This document shows, in pieces, positions 1 to 8,701 of a DNA stretch of 59,318 nucleotides (positions are counted from its first letter, which is position 1; the number at the start of each line of letters is the position of its first letter). Source of the stretch: Fidelibacterota bacterium. GTDB taxonomy: Bacteria; Fidelibacterota; Marinisomatia; Marinisomatales; Marinisomataceae. The DNA lies in contig JABHGE010000034.1 of the NCBI GenBank assembly GCA_018672235.1, forward strand, positions 1 through 59,318, written 5' to 3'. Position numbers and translations under genes: made by a program. The notes beneath the pieces are model-generated. The model was not told the DNA's origin, searched no databases, and worked only from the letters and a program-made list of their open reading frames with translations.

Positions 1-1
1 T

Positions 2-637
2 ACTTTTTTTCTTGTAAGCGGAAGTAACCTAGAAAAAATTAAAGAACAAGTACCACAATATATTCTTGATCTTTCTGAGGGAGTATTTACATGTGGAGGA
101 AATCAATTATGGTTAAATAATGAGCTATCCTATAATCATGAGTTCAAACCATCTGAAGATTTAATTTCTTTTTTAAAAGAAAAAATGAAAAATAGTAAAT
201 ATCCACTAAGAGTTGGAAATCATATCGAAGACAGAGGCTCAATGTTAAACTTTAGCATTATTGGAAGAGACTGTTCTTTGGATGAGAGATTAGACTATTT
301 TGAATACGATGTAAAGGCTCAAGAAAGAGCAAGTATCGCCAATGAAATTATAGCTAAATGGGATAATCTTGATGCTGTTATAGGCGGGCAAATATCTATT
401 GATATTACACCTAAAGGAATGAATAAGTCTCAAGTTTTAAGAGAGGTTAAGAAATTTTATTCTGATGAAGAATATATTTTTATAGGAGATAGAACGATGG
501 AGGGTGGTAACGATTATCCATTAGCAAAAATAATGCATGAAACGCCTCATTGTTCTGTTTATCAAGCGGGAGAACCTTCAGCTGAAGATGGTTATAAAGA
601 CACGCAAAAAATATTAGAAAAATTAAGTGATCAATAA
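2..637 (+). CDS. HAD-IIB phosphomannomutase-like hydrolase (5' end outside window)
   Basis: The frame of the 185..637 ORF stays open back to nt 2 (TFFLVSGSNLEKIKEQV...), so the gene starts upstream of the window. The FIGDRT..GGNDYPL motif and overall pattern resemble eukaryotic-type PMM (HAD-IIB). Confidence 0.65.
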   Translation, partial: TFFLVSGSNLEKIKEQVPQYILDLSEGVFTCGGNQLWLNNELSYNHEFKPSEDLISFLKEKMKNSKYPLRVGNHIEDRGSMLNFSIIGRDCSLDERLDYFEYDVKAQERASIANEIIAKWDNLDAVIGGQISIDITPKGMNKSQVLREVKKFYSDEEYIFIGDRTMEGGNDYPLAKIMHETPHCSVYQAGEPSAEDGYKDTQKILEKLSDQ

Positions 638-1586
638 AAATATTCAAGAATATAGAGATCTCTTTTCAGAGGAGTTAAATAAGCTTCAAGAAATGAAAGG
701 TCCATCATATCTTTACGATCCTATTAAATATATTATCAAATCTGAGGGTAAAAGATTAAGACCGCTTATTGTCCAGTATTTAGGAGATGTATTTAATACC
801 GATTCAAAAGATACCATGAATGGTGCTATGGGAGTAGAATTATTGCATAATTTCACACTAGTACATGATGATATTATGGATGGAGATGATTTAAGGCATA
901 ACGTTCCTACTATCCACAAAAAATGGGATAATGCACATGCGGTACTATCTGGAGATGGCTTAGGGGCGCTTGGACCAATATTTATTGGAAAGATAAAAAA
1001 GAACACTTTAGATATCTTAATACGATACAATGAAGTGATATTAGAAATCTGTGAAGGTCAAGCATATGATATGGAATTCGAATCAAGAGATGCATCTGTT
1101 AATGATTATATTTTAATGAGTGAAAAAAAAACAGGATCCTTATTTGAACTTTGCTTTGAAATACCTGCCTTAATCAGTGATGATTACATACAATTCAAAT
1201 CTGAATTAAAAACATTCGGAAGAAATCTTGGTGTTATTTTTCAAATACAAGATGATATTCTTGAAATGTCAACTTCCTCAGAAAATATGGGCAAAGGAAT
1301 AGATTCTGATATTCAAAGAGGTAAAAAGACAATTTTATCTAGCATAGCATTAGATTCAGATAAAAGTGAATGGAATAATGTTCAAGAAAAAATTGAAAAC
1401 ACTTCTTTGGAAGAAAAAAAAATAATACTTAGAAATTATTATAGAGATGCAGATATAATTAAGAAGGCAGATAAATTATTATTAAATTTTGAAAATAAAT
1501 GTAAGAATATAATTAAATCTTTACCTAACACGATTCACAATGATATGACAATATTGTTAAATATGATTTTAAAACGAAAGAAATAA
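627..1586 (+). CDS. polyprenyl (farnesyl/geranylgeranyl) diphosphate synthase
   Basis: Has the first Asp-rich motif LVHDDIMDGDDLRHN and the second FQIQDDILE, with the KRLRP motif near the N-terminus. GTG start overlaps the upstream gene. Confidence 0.85.
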   Translation: MINKNIQEYRDLFSEELNKLQEMKGPSYLYDPIKYIIKSEGKRLRPLIVQYLGDVFNTDSKDTMNGAMGVELLHNFTLVHDDIMDGDDLRHNVPTIHKKWDNAHAVLSGDGLGALGPIFIGKIKKNTLDILIRYNEVILEICEGQAYDMEFESRDASVNDYILMSEKKTGSLFELCFEIPALISDDYIQFKSELKTFGRNLGVIFQIQDDILEMSTSSENMGKGIDSDIQRGKKTILSSIALDSDKSEWNNVQEKIENTSLEEKKIILRNYYRDADIIKKADKLLLNFENKCKNIIKSLPNTIHNDMTILLNMILKRKK

Positions 1587-1587
1587 T

Positions 1588-2547
1588 ATGTATAAAAAAA
1601 TTAAAAATTTTCCAGTTCAAATATTTGACGCAATCAATAATACTAAAGATTTATCTATCAACTTAGATAAGATTAATAGAATAATAATTGCAGGTATGGG
1701 CGGTTCTGCTCAAGCAGGACTGATAATGAAAGATACCTTTCCTCATTTAGAAATTATTGTAGAAAGAAATTATTTTCCTTCTGCTATAATCGATAAAAAT
1801 ACTCTATTAATTATGTCATCTTATTCTGGAGACACGGAAGAAACCCTTTCATATTATAAGCATGCATCAGCTCTTACGAATAATATTTTTGGAATAACTT
1901 CTGGAGGTAAGCTTTTAAAACAATTAAAGCATGATAATCATGATTATCATATTATGCCTGAAGGTTTTCCGCCAAGATCAATATTAGGATATACTTTAAC
2001 TGTATTAATAAAATTACTTGAAGAAGACGGGCTAGTTGAATTAATAAATATTGATTTACTTCAAGAATATTCTGACAATTTTTCTAAAGAAGATAGCGAA
2101 GCATATGTACTAGCTAAAAAAATTCATTCTACTTTTCCTGTTATTGTCAGTGAAGAAGATTTATTTTCTATTGGATATCGTTTGAAATGCCAATTTAATG
2201 AAAATGGTAAGATGCTATCTTATAATGTTGCACTACCGGATATGAATCATAATGAAATTGTTGGCTGGGAGAGTAAGTTAATTGATAAGAACTTATTTTC
2301 TTTGATATGGATTGACATTACTTGGCCTGCAAATATTAAACGTATGGATGTTACAAGTAAATTATTGAAAGATAAAATTCTATATAATCATCATATTAAA
2401 ATTCCAACAGATCTTAAGAGCGATATAAGTGGTTTATTTTACCTTATTAACTATATCGATTGGTTAAGTTATTGGTGTGGTCATTTCAATGAAGTAGATA
2501 TTACTGCAATTAAGTCAGTTGATATGCTTAAAAAAGAATTAGCTTAG
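1588..2547 (+). CDS. bifunctional phosphoglucose/phosphomannose isomerase (SIS domain)
   Basis: SIS motifs IIAGMGGSAQAG and SYSGDTEET, plus the NHNEIVGW motif typical of the bacterial/archaeal PGI/PMI family. Confidence 0.75.
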   Translation: MYKKIKNFPVQIFDAINNTKDLSINLDKINRIIIAGMGGSAQAGLIMKDTFPHLEIIVERNYFPSAIIDKNTLLIMSSYSGDTEETLSYYKHASALTNNIFGITSGGKLLKQLKHDNHDYHIMPEGFPPRSILGYTLTVLIKLLEEDGLVELINIDLLQEYSDNFSKEDSEAYVLAKKIHSTFPVIVSEEDLFSIGYRLKCQFNENGKMLSYNVALPDMNHNEIVGWESKLIDKNLFSLIWIDITWPANIKRMDVTSKLLKDKILYNHHIKIPTDLKSDISGLFYLINYIDWLSYWCGHFNEVDITAIKSVDMLKKELA

Positions 2548-3764
2548 AATTTTTTAAAAGCTAATACTGAATTATGCCCACCAAATCCGAAAGAATTACT
2601 CATCGTAACAGTAAGATTAGATTCCATGCTCTTATTTGGAACATAATTTAAATCACATTCAGGATCAGGAGTTTCATAATTGATAGTAGGGGGCACGATT
2701 CCATGATTCATGGCATATATACAGGTAATTGCTTCGATTGCCCCTGTAGCACCCAACATATGGCCTGTCATAGACTTTGTAGAACTAATTAATAGATCAT
2801 TTGCAGTATGTCCAAACGCTTGCTTGATAGCTTGAGTTTCTAGCATGTCATTATAATACGTAGAAGTCCCGTGTGCATTGATATAGCTTACTTCATCTTT
2901 ATTGATAGCACCATCTTTCAATGCTAGTTCAATAGCACTTGTAGCACCCGTACTTTTATTATGAGGCTGAGTGATATGATAGGCGTCATTTGTAATTCCA
3001 TATCCTATAATTTCTGCTAAAATATTAGCATCTCTTTTTTGTGCACTATCTAATGATTCTAAAACTAGCATAGCTGATCCTTCAGATATAATAAATCCAT
3101 CTCTATTTTTATCAAAAGGCTTAGATGCACCTTCAGGATCTCCATTATTTTTTGATAAAGCTTTCATATTTGAAAATCCAGATAAGGTTAAAGGAGTTAT
3201 TCCTCCTTCAGACCCTCCACATACCATTGCATGTATTTGATTAGATTGAATTAGTCTGTAAGCCATACCTATAGCATCACTAGCAGAAGAGCATGCAGTA
3301 GAAAGAGACAAATTTAGTCCATGGAATCCATGCTTGATAGCAATTTGACCACCTGCAATATTTGGAATCATTTTTGGTATAAAATGAGGAGATACACCTC
3401 TTTGACCTTTTTTTAATAGTTTGGTGTGTTCTTGTTCTAATGTGTTCATCCCACCTACGCCAGTACCTAGGATTACACCTACATTTGAAGAATCAAGCCC
3501 AGAACTTTTAATAGCTTGATCTGCGGCTATCATAGCAAACATAGTATAGCGATCAAGCTTTCTAGATTCTTTATGCTCAAAAAAAGATAGAGGATCAAAA
3601 TCAGTGATTTCTCCAGCAATTTTAACATTGAATTCTTCGGTATCAAAATTTTCAATCAGCTTGATACCAGATTTACCATTGATAAGATTATTCCAAAGAT
3701 TTTTGGATGATAATCCCAGAGGAGAGATACTACCTTCTCCAGTAATAACAACTCTATTTGACAA
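2544..3764 (-). CDS. fabF: 3-oxoacyl-ACP synthase II
   Basis: Full-length KAS II pattern: active-site region TACSSASDA, HGTSTYYND, GHMLGATG, and C-terminal FGFGGHN. Confidence 0.95.
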   Translation of the reverse strand: MSNRVVITGEGSISPLGLSSKNLWNNLINGKSGIKLIENFDTEEFNVKIAGEITDFDPLSFFEHKESRKLDRYTMFAMIAADQAIKSSGLDSSNVGVILGTGVGGMNTLEQEHTKLLKKGQRGVSPHFIPKMIPNIAGGQIAIKHGFHGLNLSLSTACSSASDAIGMAYRLIQSNQIHAMVCGGSEGGITPLTLSGFSNMKALSKNNGDPEGASKPFDKNRDGFIISEGSAMLVLESLDSAQKRDANILAEIIGYGITNDAYHITQPHNKSTGATSAIELALKDGAINKDEVSYINAHGTSTYYNDMLETQAIKQAFGHTANDLLISSTKSMTGHMLGATGAIEAITCIYAMNHGIVPPTINYETPDPECDLNYVPNKSMESNLTVTMSNSFGFGGHNSVLAFKKF

Positions 3765-3766
3765 GA

Positions 3767-4000
3767 TTATTTAGCGTGTTTGTTAACATATTCGAATGCA
3801 GCACCAACAGTGGTAATTTTTTCTGCATCTTCATCTGGAATTTCTAAATCAAACTCTTCTTCAAATTCCATAATCAATTCTACAGTGTCTAATGAATCTG
3901 CACCTAAATCATCAAGAAAACTTGCTTCAGCAACTACTCTTGATTCATCGACACCTAATTTATCTATAATAATATTTTTTACTTTATCGTTTGATGACAT
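3767..4000 (-). CDS. acpP: acyl carrier protein
   Basis: 77 aa with the [11 protein letters not shown] phosphopantetheine attachment motif. Lies between fabG and fabF. Confidence 0.95.
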   Translation of the reverse strand: MSSNDKVKNIIIDKLGVDESRVVAEASFLDDLGADSLDTVELIMEFEEEFDLEIPDEDAEKITTVGAAFEYVNKHAK

Positions 4001-4015
4001 AATTCTTTCTCCTAT

Positions 4016-4747
4016 CTAATTTAGTGATATTCCACCATCTATGTAAAATGTTTGTCCAGTAATATAGCTGGCTTCATCCGAAGATAAAAACAAAATCATT
4101 TTTCCAATATCTTCTGGTTTTCCAAATTTTTTTAATGGAATTCTATCCAAATAATTATTTTTTACTGTATCTGTTAAATGTGAAATCATATCTGTTTCAA
4201 TTACTCCCGGAGCAATACAATTTACAGTAATATTTCTTCGACCTACCTCTTTAGCAAGCGATTTTGTAAATGCTAATAATCCTCCTTTAGATGCAGAGTA
4301 ATTGCTTTGTCCTTTGTTTCCATCAGTGCCTGAAATAGAAGAAATATTGATAATTCTACCACTTTTGCTTTTAATCATATCTTTTAATAGAATTCTCGTT
4401 AAATAGAAAGGTCCGTTTAGATTAACATCTAAAACTCTACGCCATTCCCCTGTCTTCATTCTCAGTAAAATATTATCCATATGGATACCGGCATTATTTA
4501 CCAAGATATCAATCGAATCAACATGCTCTTTTGAAAATGCATATAATTTTTCTATAGACTTTTCATCTGAAATATCACAACAAAAAGGAATAATATTATC
4601 AATATTTTGTATTGATTTAAGCGATTCTTCTGAGGTGGCTACTCCAATAACTTTTATTCCATTGGCGGCAAGCATCATAGAAATTGTTTTACCAATACCT
4701 CTTGATGCTCCTGTAACTAGTGCTGTTTTACTTGAATAATTAAACAT
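4016..4747 (-). CDS. fabG: 3-oxoacyl-ACP reductase (SDR)
   Basis: TGASRGIG cofactor motif, NNAG, and catalytic YSASK. fab operon context. Confidence 0.9.
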   Translation of the reverse strand: MFNYSSKTALVTGASRGIGKTISMMLAANGIKVIGVATSEESLKSIQNIDNIIPFCCDISDEKSIEKLYAFSKEHVDSIDILVNNAGIHMDNILLRMKTGEWRRVLDVNLNGPFYLTRILLKDMIKSKSGRIINISSISGTDGNKGQSNYSASKGGLLAFTKSLAKEVGRRNITVNCIAPGVIETDMISHLTDTVKNNYLDRIPLKKFGKPEDIGKMILFLSSDEASYITGQTFYIDGGISLN

Positions 4748-5648
4748 GTAAATATTTCTCTATATCATTATAGCTATTAAAACTAGAAATATGAAACAAT
4801 TCATCTATTTTTTTGACAATTCCTGATAATACTTTCTTAGGACCTATCTCTATAAAGTTATTATTTATTTTACCTAATTTCTTAACACTGTCAAACCATA
4901 AAACAGGGCTATCAATTTGCTCAATTAAGGCCTTTTTAATTTCATGTGGATTAGATCTTAATGTTGCATCATAATTTGATACAATAGGAATACTTGGTTC
5001 ATTAAATGTTGCATTTGAAATGACTTCTTTTAATTCAGGTTTTGCATTAGACATTAATTTTGAATGAAATGCACCGCTGACAGGGAGGGTTATAATACGT
5101 TTTGCTCCGTTAGCCTTCAATTCTTCGGCTACAAGCTCAATAGATTCTGCTGAACCTGATATAACAATTTGTTGATCTGAGTTAATATTAGCTACTTGAG
5201 TGTCTGTACCTTTACAAATATCTGAAATTTTTTCTTTACTTATTCCTATGACAGCGCTCATCTTACCTTCAGTATTTTTTTCGCACCTATGCATTGCTTT
5301 TGCGCGAACATTTACAATTTGAAGACCTGTTTCGAATGTGTAGGTATTATTGGCGTATAAAGCAGAAAATTCACCAAGGCTATGTCCCGCAACTACTACA
5401 GGCATATGATCGATATCTTTTATAATATCAAAAATAATACAAGAATAAATATAAATTGCTACTTGAGCATGGTTTGTTTGTCTGAGAATGGATTCATCAT
5501 CGCTAAACATGATATCAGAGATATTATATCCAAGAATTTGATTAGATAAATCAATTTTACCTTTAGCTAATGTGGAGTATTTATAAAGTTGTAATCCCAT
5601 TCCAGGACGGTGAGAACCTTGTCCTGAAAAAATAAAGCAATCATTCAT
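4740..5648 (-). CDS. fabD: malonyl-CoA:ACP transacylase
   Basis: FSGQGSH and GHSLGE active-site motifs. fab operon context. Confidence 0.9.
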   Translation of the reverse strand: MNDCFIFSGQGSHRPGMGLQLYKYSTLAKGKIDLSNQILGYNISDIMFSDDESILRQTNHAQVAIYIYSCIIFDIIKDIDHMPVVVAGHSLGEFSALYANNTYTFETGLQIVNVRAKAMHRCEKNTEGKMSAVIGISKEKISDICKGTDTQVANINSDQQIVISGSAESIELVAEELKANGAKRIITLPVSGAFHSKLMSNAKPELKEVISNATFNEPSIPIVSNYDATLRSNPHEIKKALIEQIDSPVLWFDSVKKLGKINNNFIEIGPKKVLSGIVKKIDELFHISSFNSYNDIEKYLHV

Positions 5649-5824
5649 TAGTTCTGATCGACTGGTTTTCCTTTATGGTACAGGATTCCATCATGATAGT
5701 ATGCATGATGCGGTAGATGTTGTTCTCCGGTGTTTTTACAGGTAACTGTATGCACTAGGGAAGAAGTATAGTGAGTTCTTCTCTTTTTTGATCTTGTTTT
5801 GGACTGTCTTTTTTTAGGTAACAT
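5648..5824 (-). CDS. rpmF: 50S ribosomal protein L32
   Basis: Hand translation of the minus strand gives MLPKKRQSKTRSKKRRTHYTSSLVHTVTCKNTGEQHLPHHAYYHDGILYHKGKPVDQN (58 aa). This is below the ORF-track length cutoff. It shows the basic L32 N-terminus (PKxRxSKxRxxxRRxH) and sits in the classical position upstream of fab genes. Its stop overlaps the fabD start by 1 nt. Confidence 0.85.
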   Translation of the reverse strand: MLPKKRQSKTRSKKRRTHYTSSLVHTVTCKNTGEQHLPHHAYYHDGILYHKGKPVDQN

Positions 5825-5881
5825 TTTCTTTCCTTAACTAGCGTCAATATAAACAAATAAATCTTTGAAATAAAATAATTT

Positions 5882-6259
5882 TTATAATTCTATTTTAGCT
5901 ATCCAGCAATCATATCCTAGTTCATTTTTAATATCATTTGCAGTCATAGAAGCATCTTCTTTAGATAAAAAATTTCCATATCTAATGCGATATTTTAATT
6001 TTTCACTTGAGTCATTTTTTATTATAAAAGCTTCAAAATCATTATTATTTAATATTTTTAACACTTCTTGTGCATCTGAAAAAGTAGTCTTAGCTGCTAT
6101 TTGTATAGTATAATATATATTATTTGTTTCTTGAGCTAACACTTCCGTTTGATCAGCAGATATATTTTTTTCTAAAACAGTATTTAGCCATTCATCGTTT
6201 AGTTCTTGAGCATAAATTGTAGAAAAAGAAAATAAGAATACTAAAAAGTATCTAACCAT
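5882..6259 (-). CDS. secreted SPOR-domain (peptidoglycan-binding) protein
   Basis: N-terminal signal peptide (FLVFLFSFSTIYAQE). The C-terminal YTIQIAA...YRIRYGNFLSKEDA pattern is typical of SPOR domains. Confidence 0.6.
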   Translation of the reverse strand: MVRYFLVFLFSFSTIYAQELNDEWLNTVLEKNISADQTEVLAQETNNIYYTIQIAAKTTFSDAQEVLKILNNNDFEAFIIKNDSSEKLKYRIRYGNFLSKEDASMTANDIKNELGYDCWIAKIEL

Positions 6260-6653
6260 TGAAGAAAAATCTTATTTCTTTGTCTGCATTTTCATTGCTA
6301 TCGGATCCATGTGTAGCATTCATAGATATGTCAGTGCCATATTTTTGTCTAATTGTTCCAAGGTCAGCTTTCTTAGAATCTGTTGCACCCATTAGATTTC
6401 TCCACTCAAAAACAGCATCTTCTTTTTCTAGTTTCATTACATGGCATTGATATGATGTCATAAATTCAACTAATTCATCAAAGAAAGGCTTGTCTTGATG
6501 AATATCATAGAAAGCACATGCTTGTTCATTGGAAAGATTTAAAGTTTTTTCTTCGATAATAGAAAATCCATTATCTAGAATATCTTTTCTAATATTGTCA
6601 AGATGACCTTTTTTCATTGCATCTGGTTTAATAATTGCGAGTGTATTTTTCAT
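6252..6653 (-). CDS. ndk: nucleoside diphosphate kinase
   Basis: TLAIIKPDA N-terminus and NATHGSDS catalytic His motif. Confidence 0.95.
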   Translation of the reverse strand: MKNTLAIIKPDAMKKGHLDNIRKDILDNGFSIIEEKTLNLSNEQACAFYDIHQDKPFFDELVEFMTSYQCHVMKLEKEDAVFEWRNLMGATDSKKADLGTIRQKYGTDISMNATHGSDSNENADKEIRFFFNG

Positions 6654-6656
6654 ATT

Positions 6657-7532
6657 TTATCCTATTAGTGATTTCATTGTAATGCCAATTTCAGATACTG
6701 TATTTGCTACTGAAATTCCGCATTCTTTTAATATTTTAATTTTAGCTTCAGCTGTTTCAGATCCTTCTGATATTATGGCTCCAGCATGACCCATTCTTTT
6801 TCCTTTTGGAGCAGTTTGACCTGCTATAAAAGATACTACAGGTTTATTCAAATTTTCTTTTACCCATCTGGCAGCATCATTTTCCATATTTCCACCTATT
6901 TCACCGATCATAACAATACCTTTTGTGTCATCATCATCTTTAAAATGTTTTAGTATATCTATCATGCTTGAACCGATAACTGGATCCCCTCCAATACCTA
7001 CTGCAGTTGTAATGCCTAGCCCAACGTTAACTACTTGATCAATAGCTTCATATGTCAACGTCCCAGATCTTGATAATATACCTACAGAACCTTTTTTGCA
7101 TATAAATCCTGGCGTAATTCCAATTTTTGATTCCTCCGCCGTAATTAATCCAGGACAGTTTGGCCCGATTAAAGTGCTAGAAGATTTATCTAGCATATTT
7201 TTAACTGTAACCATATCTCTGGTAGGAATTCCTTCAGATATACAAACTATTAATTCAATACTTTCTTCGATAGCCTCTATAATAGCCTGTGCTGCAAATC
7301 TTGGGGGTACAAAAATAACGGTAGCATCAATTTTAAATTCTTTTTTTGCATCATGAATAGAATTAAATACAGGTAATTTATTTTCTGTTGCTGTTTGACC
7401 ACCTTTCCCTGGGGTAACTCCACAAACAACTTTTGATCCATATTCAATCATTTGTTCTGCATGAAACGACCCTTCTGATCCAGTAATTCCTTGAATTAGT
7501 ATATTTGTATTCTTATTTAATAGAATTGACAT
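6657..7532 (-). CDS. sucD: succinate--CoA ligase subunit alpha
   Basis: QGITG, SRSGTLTYE and MGHAGAII phosphohistidine motifs. Adjacent to sucC. Confidence 0.95.
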   Translation of the reverse strand: MSILLNKNTNILIQGITGSEGSFHAEQMIEYGSKVVCGVTPGKGGQTATENKLPVFNSIHDAKKEFKIDATVIFVPPRFAAQAIIEAIEESIELIVCISEGIPTRDMVTVKNMLDKSSSTLIGPNCPGLITAEESKIGITPGFICKKGSVGILSRSGTLTYEAIDQVVNVGLGITTAVGIGGDPVIGSSMIDILKHFKDDDDTKGIVMIGEIGGNMENDAARWVKENLNKPVVSFIAGQTAPKGKRMGHAGAIISEGSETAEAKIKILKECGISVANTVSEIGITMKSLIG

Positions 7533-7533
7533 A

Positions 7534-8700
7534 TTATTTTATCATCTCCACAGCTTTTGTTGCAGCTTCATTAATTGTTTCTGCACTTATTAATTCAATA
7601 TCAGATTCATCAAGTATTTTTTTTGCTAATTTAGCATTAGTTCCTTGTAGTCTTACAACAACTATAACATCTAATTCTAATTCTTTTACAGCCTGGATAA
7701 CACCGTTAGCTACTCTATCGCATCGCACAATTCCACCAAATATATTGATTAAAATAGACTTTACATTTTTATCAGATAAGATAATTTTAAAACCATTTTT
7801 AATAGTTTCTACGTTGGCAGCTCCTCCTACATCTAAGAAATTTGCGGGTTCACCTCCGCAATGTTTGACTATATCCATTGTAGCCATCGCTAATCCTGCG
7901 CCATTAACCATGCATCCTACATTCCCATCTAGTTTAATATAGTTTAATCCATATTCAGCAGCTTGTAGTTCTAGCGGGTCTTCTTCTGATTTGTCATGAT
8001 AAGCAGCAATTTCAGGATGTCTAAATAAAGAGTTAGAATCAATATCTACTTTTGCATCAAGAGCTATAATTTCCTCATTAGTTGTTGATACTAAAGGATT
8101 AATCTCTAGAAGCGAACAGTCTGATTCGATATAGCATCTATATAAATCTTTAAACATCTGTTCTACATTTTCAAATTTTTCAAGGGATAAAGATGAGATT
8201 ATTTCTTTTACTGCATCCTCTAAAGCATTAGGCGAATCATCAATCCATGATTTAATAATTTTTTCAGGACTATTTTCTGCTACTTCCTCAATATCAACAC
8301 CGCCCTCTTTGGAAACTATAAATACATCAGAATTTTTAGATCTGTCAAAAGTAATAGCAAAATAGTATTCTTCTTCAATATCTAGAGCTTCAGTAATAAG
8401 AATTTTATTAACCATTTTACCTTCTGGCCCTGTTTGATGGGTGATTAAGTTCATTCCTAAAATTGTATTAGCAGCATCTTGAGCATCTTCAAAAGTAGGA
8501 CAGTACTTAACTCCGCCACCTTTTCCTCGACCTCCAGCATGAATTTGAGCTTTGACAACTACAGCTTCGCTGTTAAAGTCGGCTTGTACTTTTTTAATAG
8601 TACTATCAATATCTTTGCTATTATCAATAGCATAACCTTCCTGGATAGGAACGTTAAACTTTTTAAGAATTTCTTTGGCTTGATATTCGTGAATCTTCAT
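7534..8700 (-). CDS. sucC: succinate--CoA ligase (ADP-forming) subunit beta
   Basis: Canonical N-terminus MKIHEYQAKEILKKF. I moved the start to the internal ATG at 8700. The track's 14-aa extension would overlap the upstream gene, whereas 8700 abuts its stop at 8702. Confidence 0.93.
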   Translation of the reverse strand: MKIHEYQAKEILKKFNVPIQEGYAIDNSKDIDSTIKKVQADFNSEAVVVKAQIHAGGRGKGGGVKYCPTFEDAQDAANTILGMNLITHQTGPEGKMVNKILITEALDIEEEYYFAITFDRSKNSDVFIVSKEGGVDIEEVAENSPEKIIKSWIDDSPNALEDAVKEIISSLSLEKFENVEQMFKDLYRCYIESDCSLLEINPLVSTTNEEIIALDAKVDIDSNSLFRHPEIAAYHDKSEEDPLELQAAEYGLNYIKLDGNVGCMVNGAGLAMATMDIVKHCGGEPANFLDVGGAANVETIKNGFKIILSDKNVKSILINIFGGIVRCDRVANGVIQAVKELELDVIVVVRLQGTNAKLAKKILDESDIELISAETINEAATKAVEMIK

Positions 8701-8701
8701 A

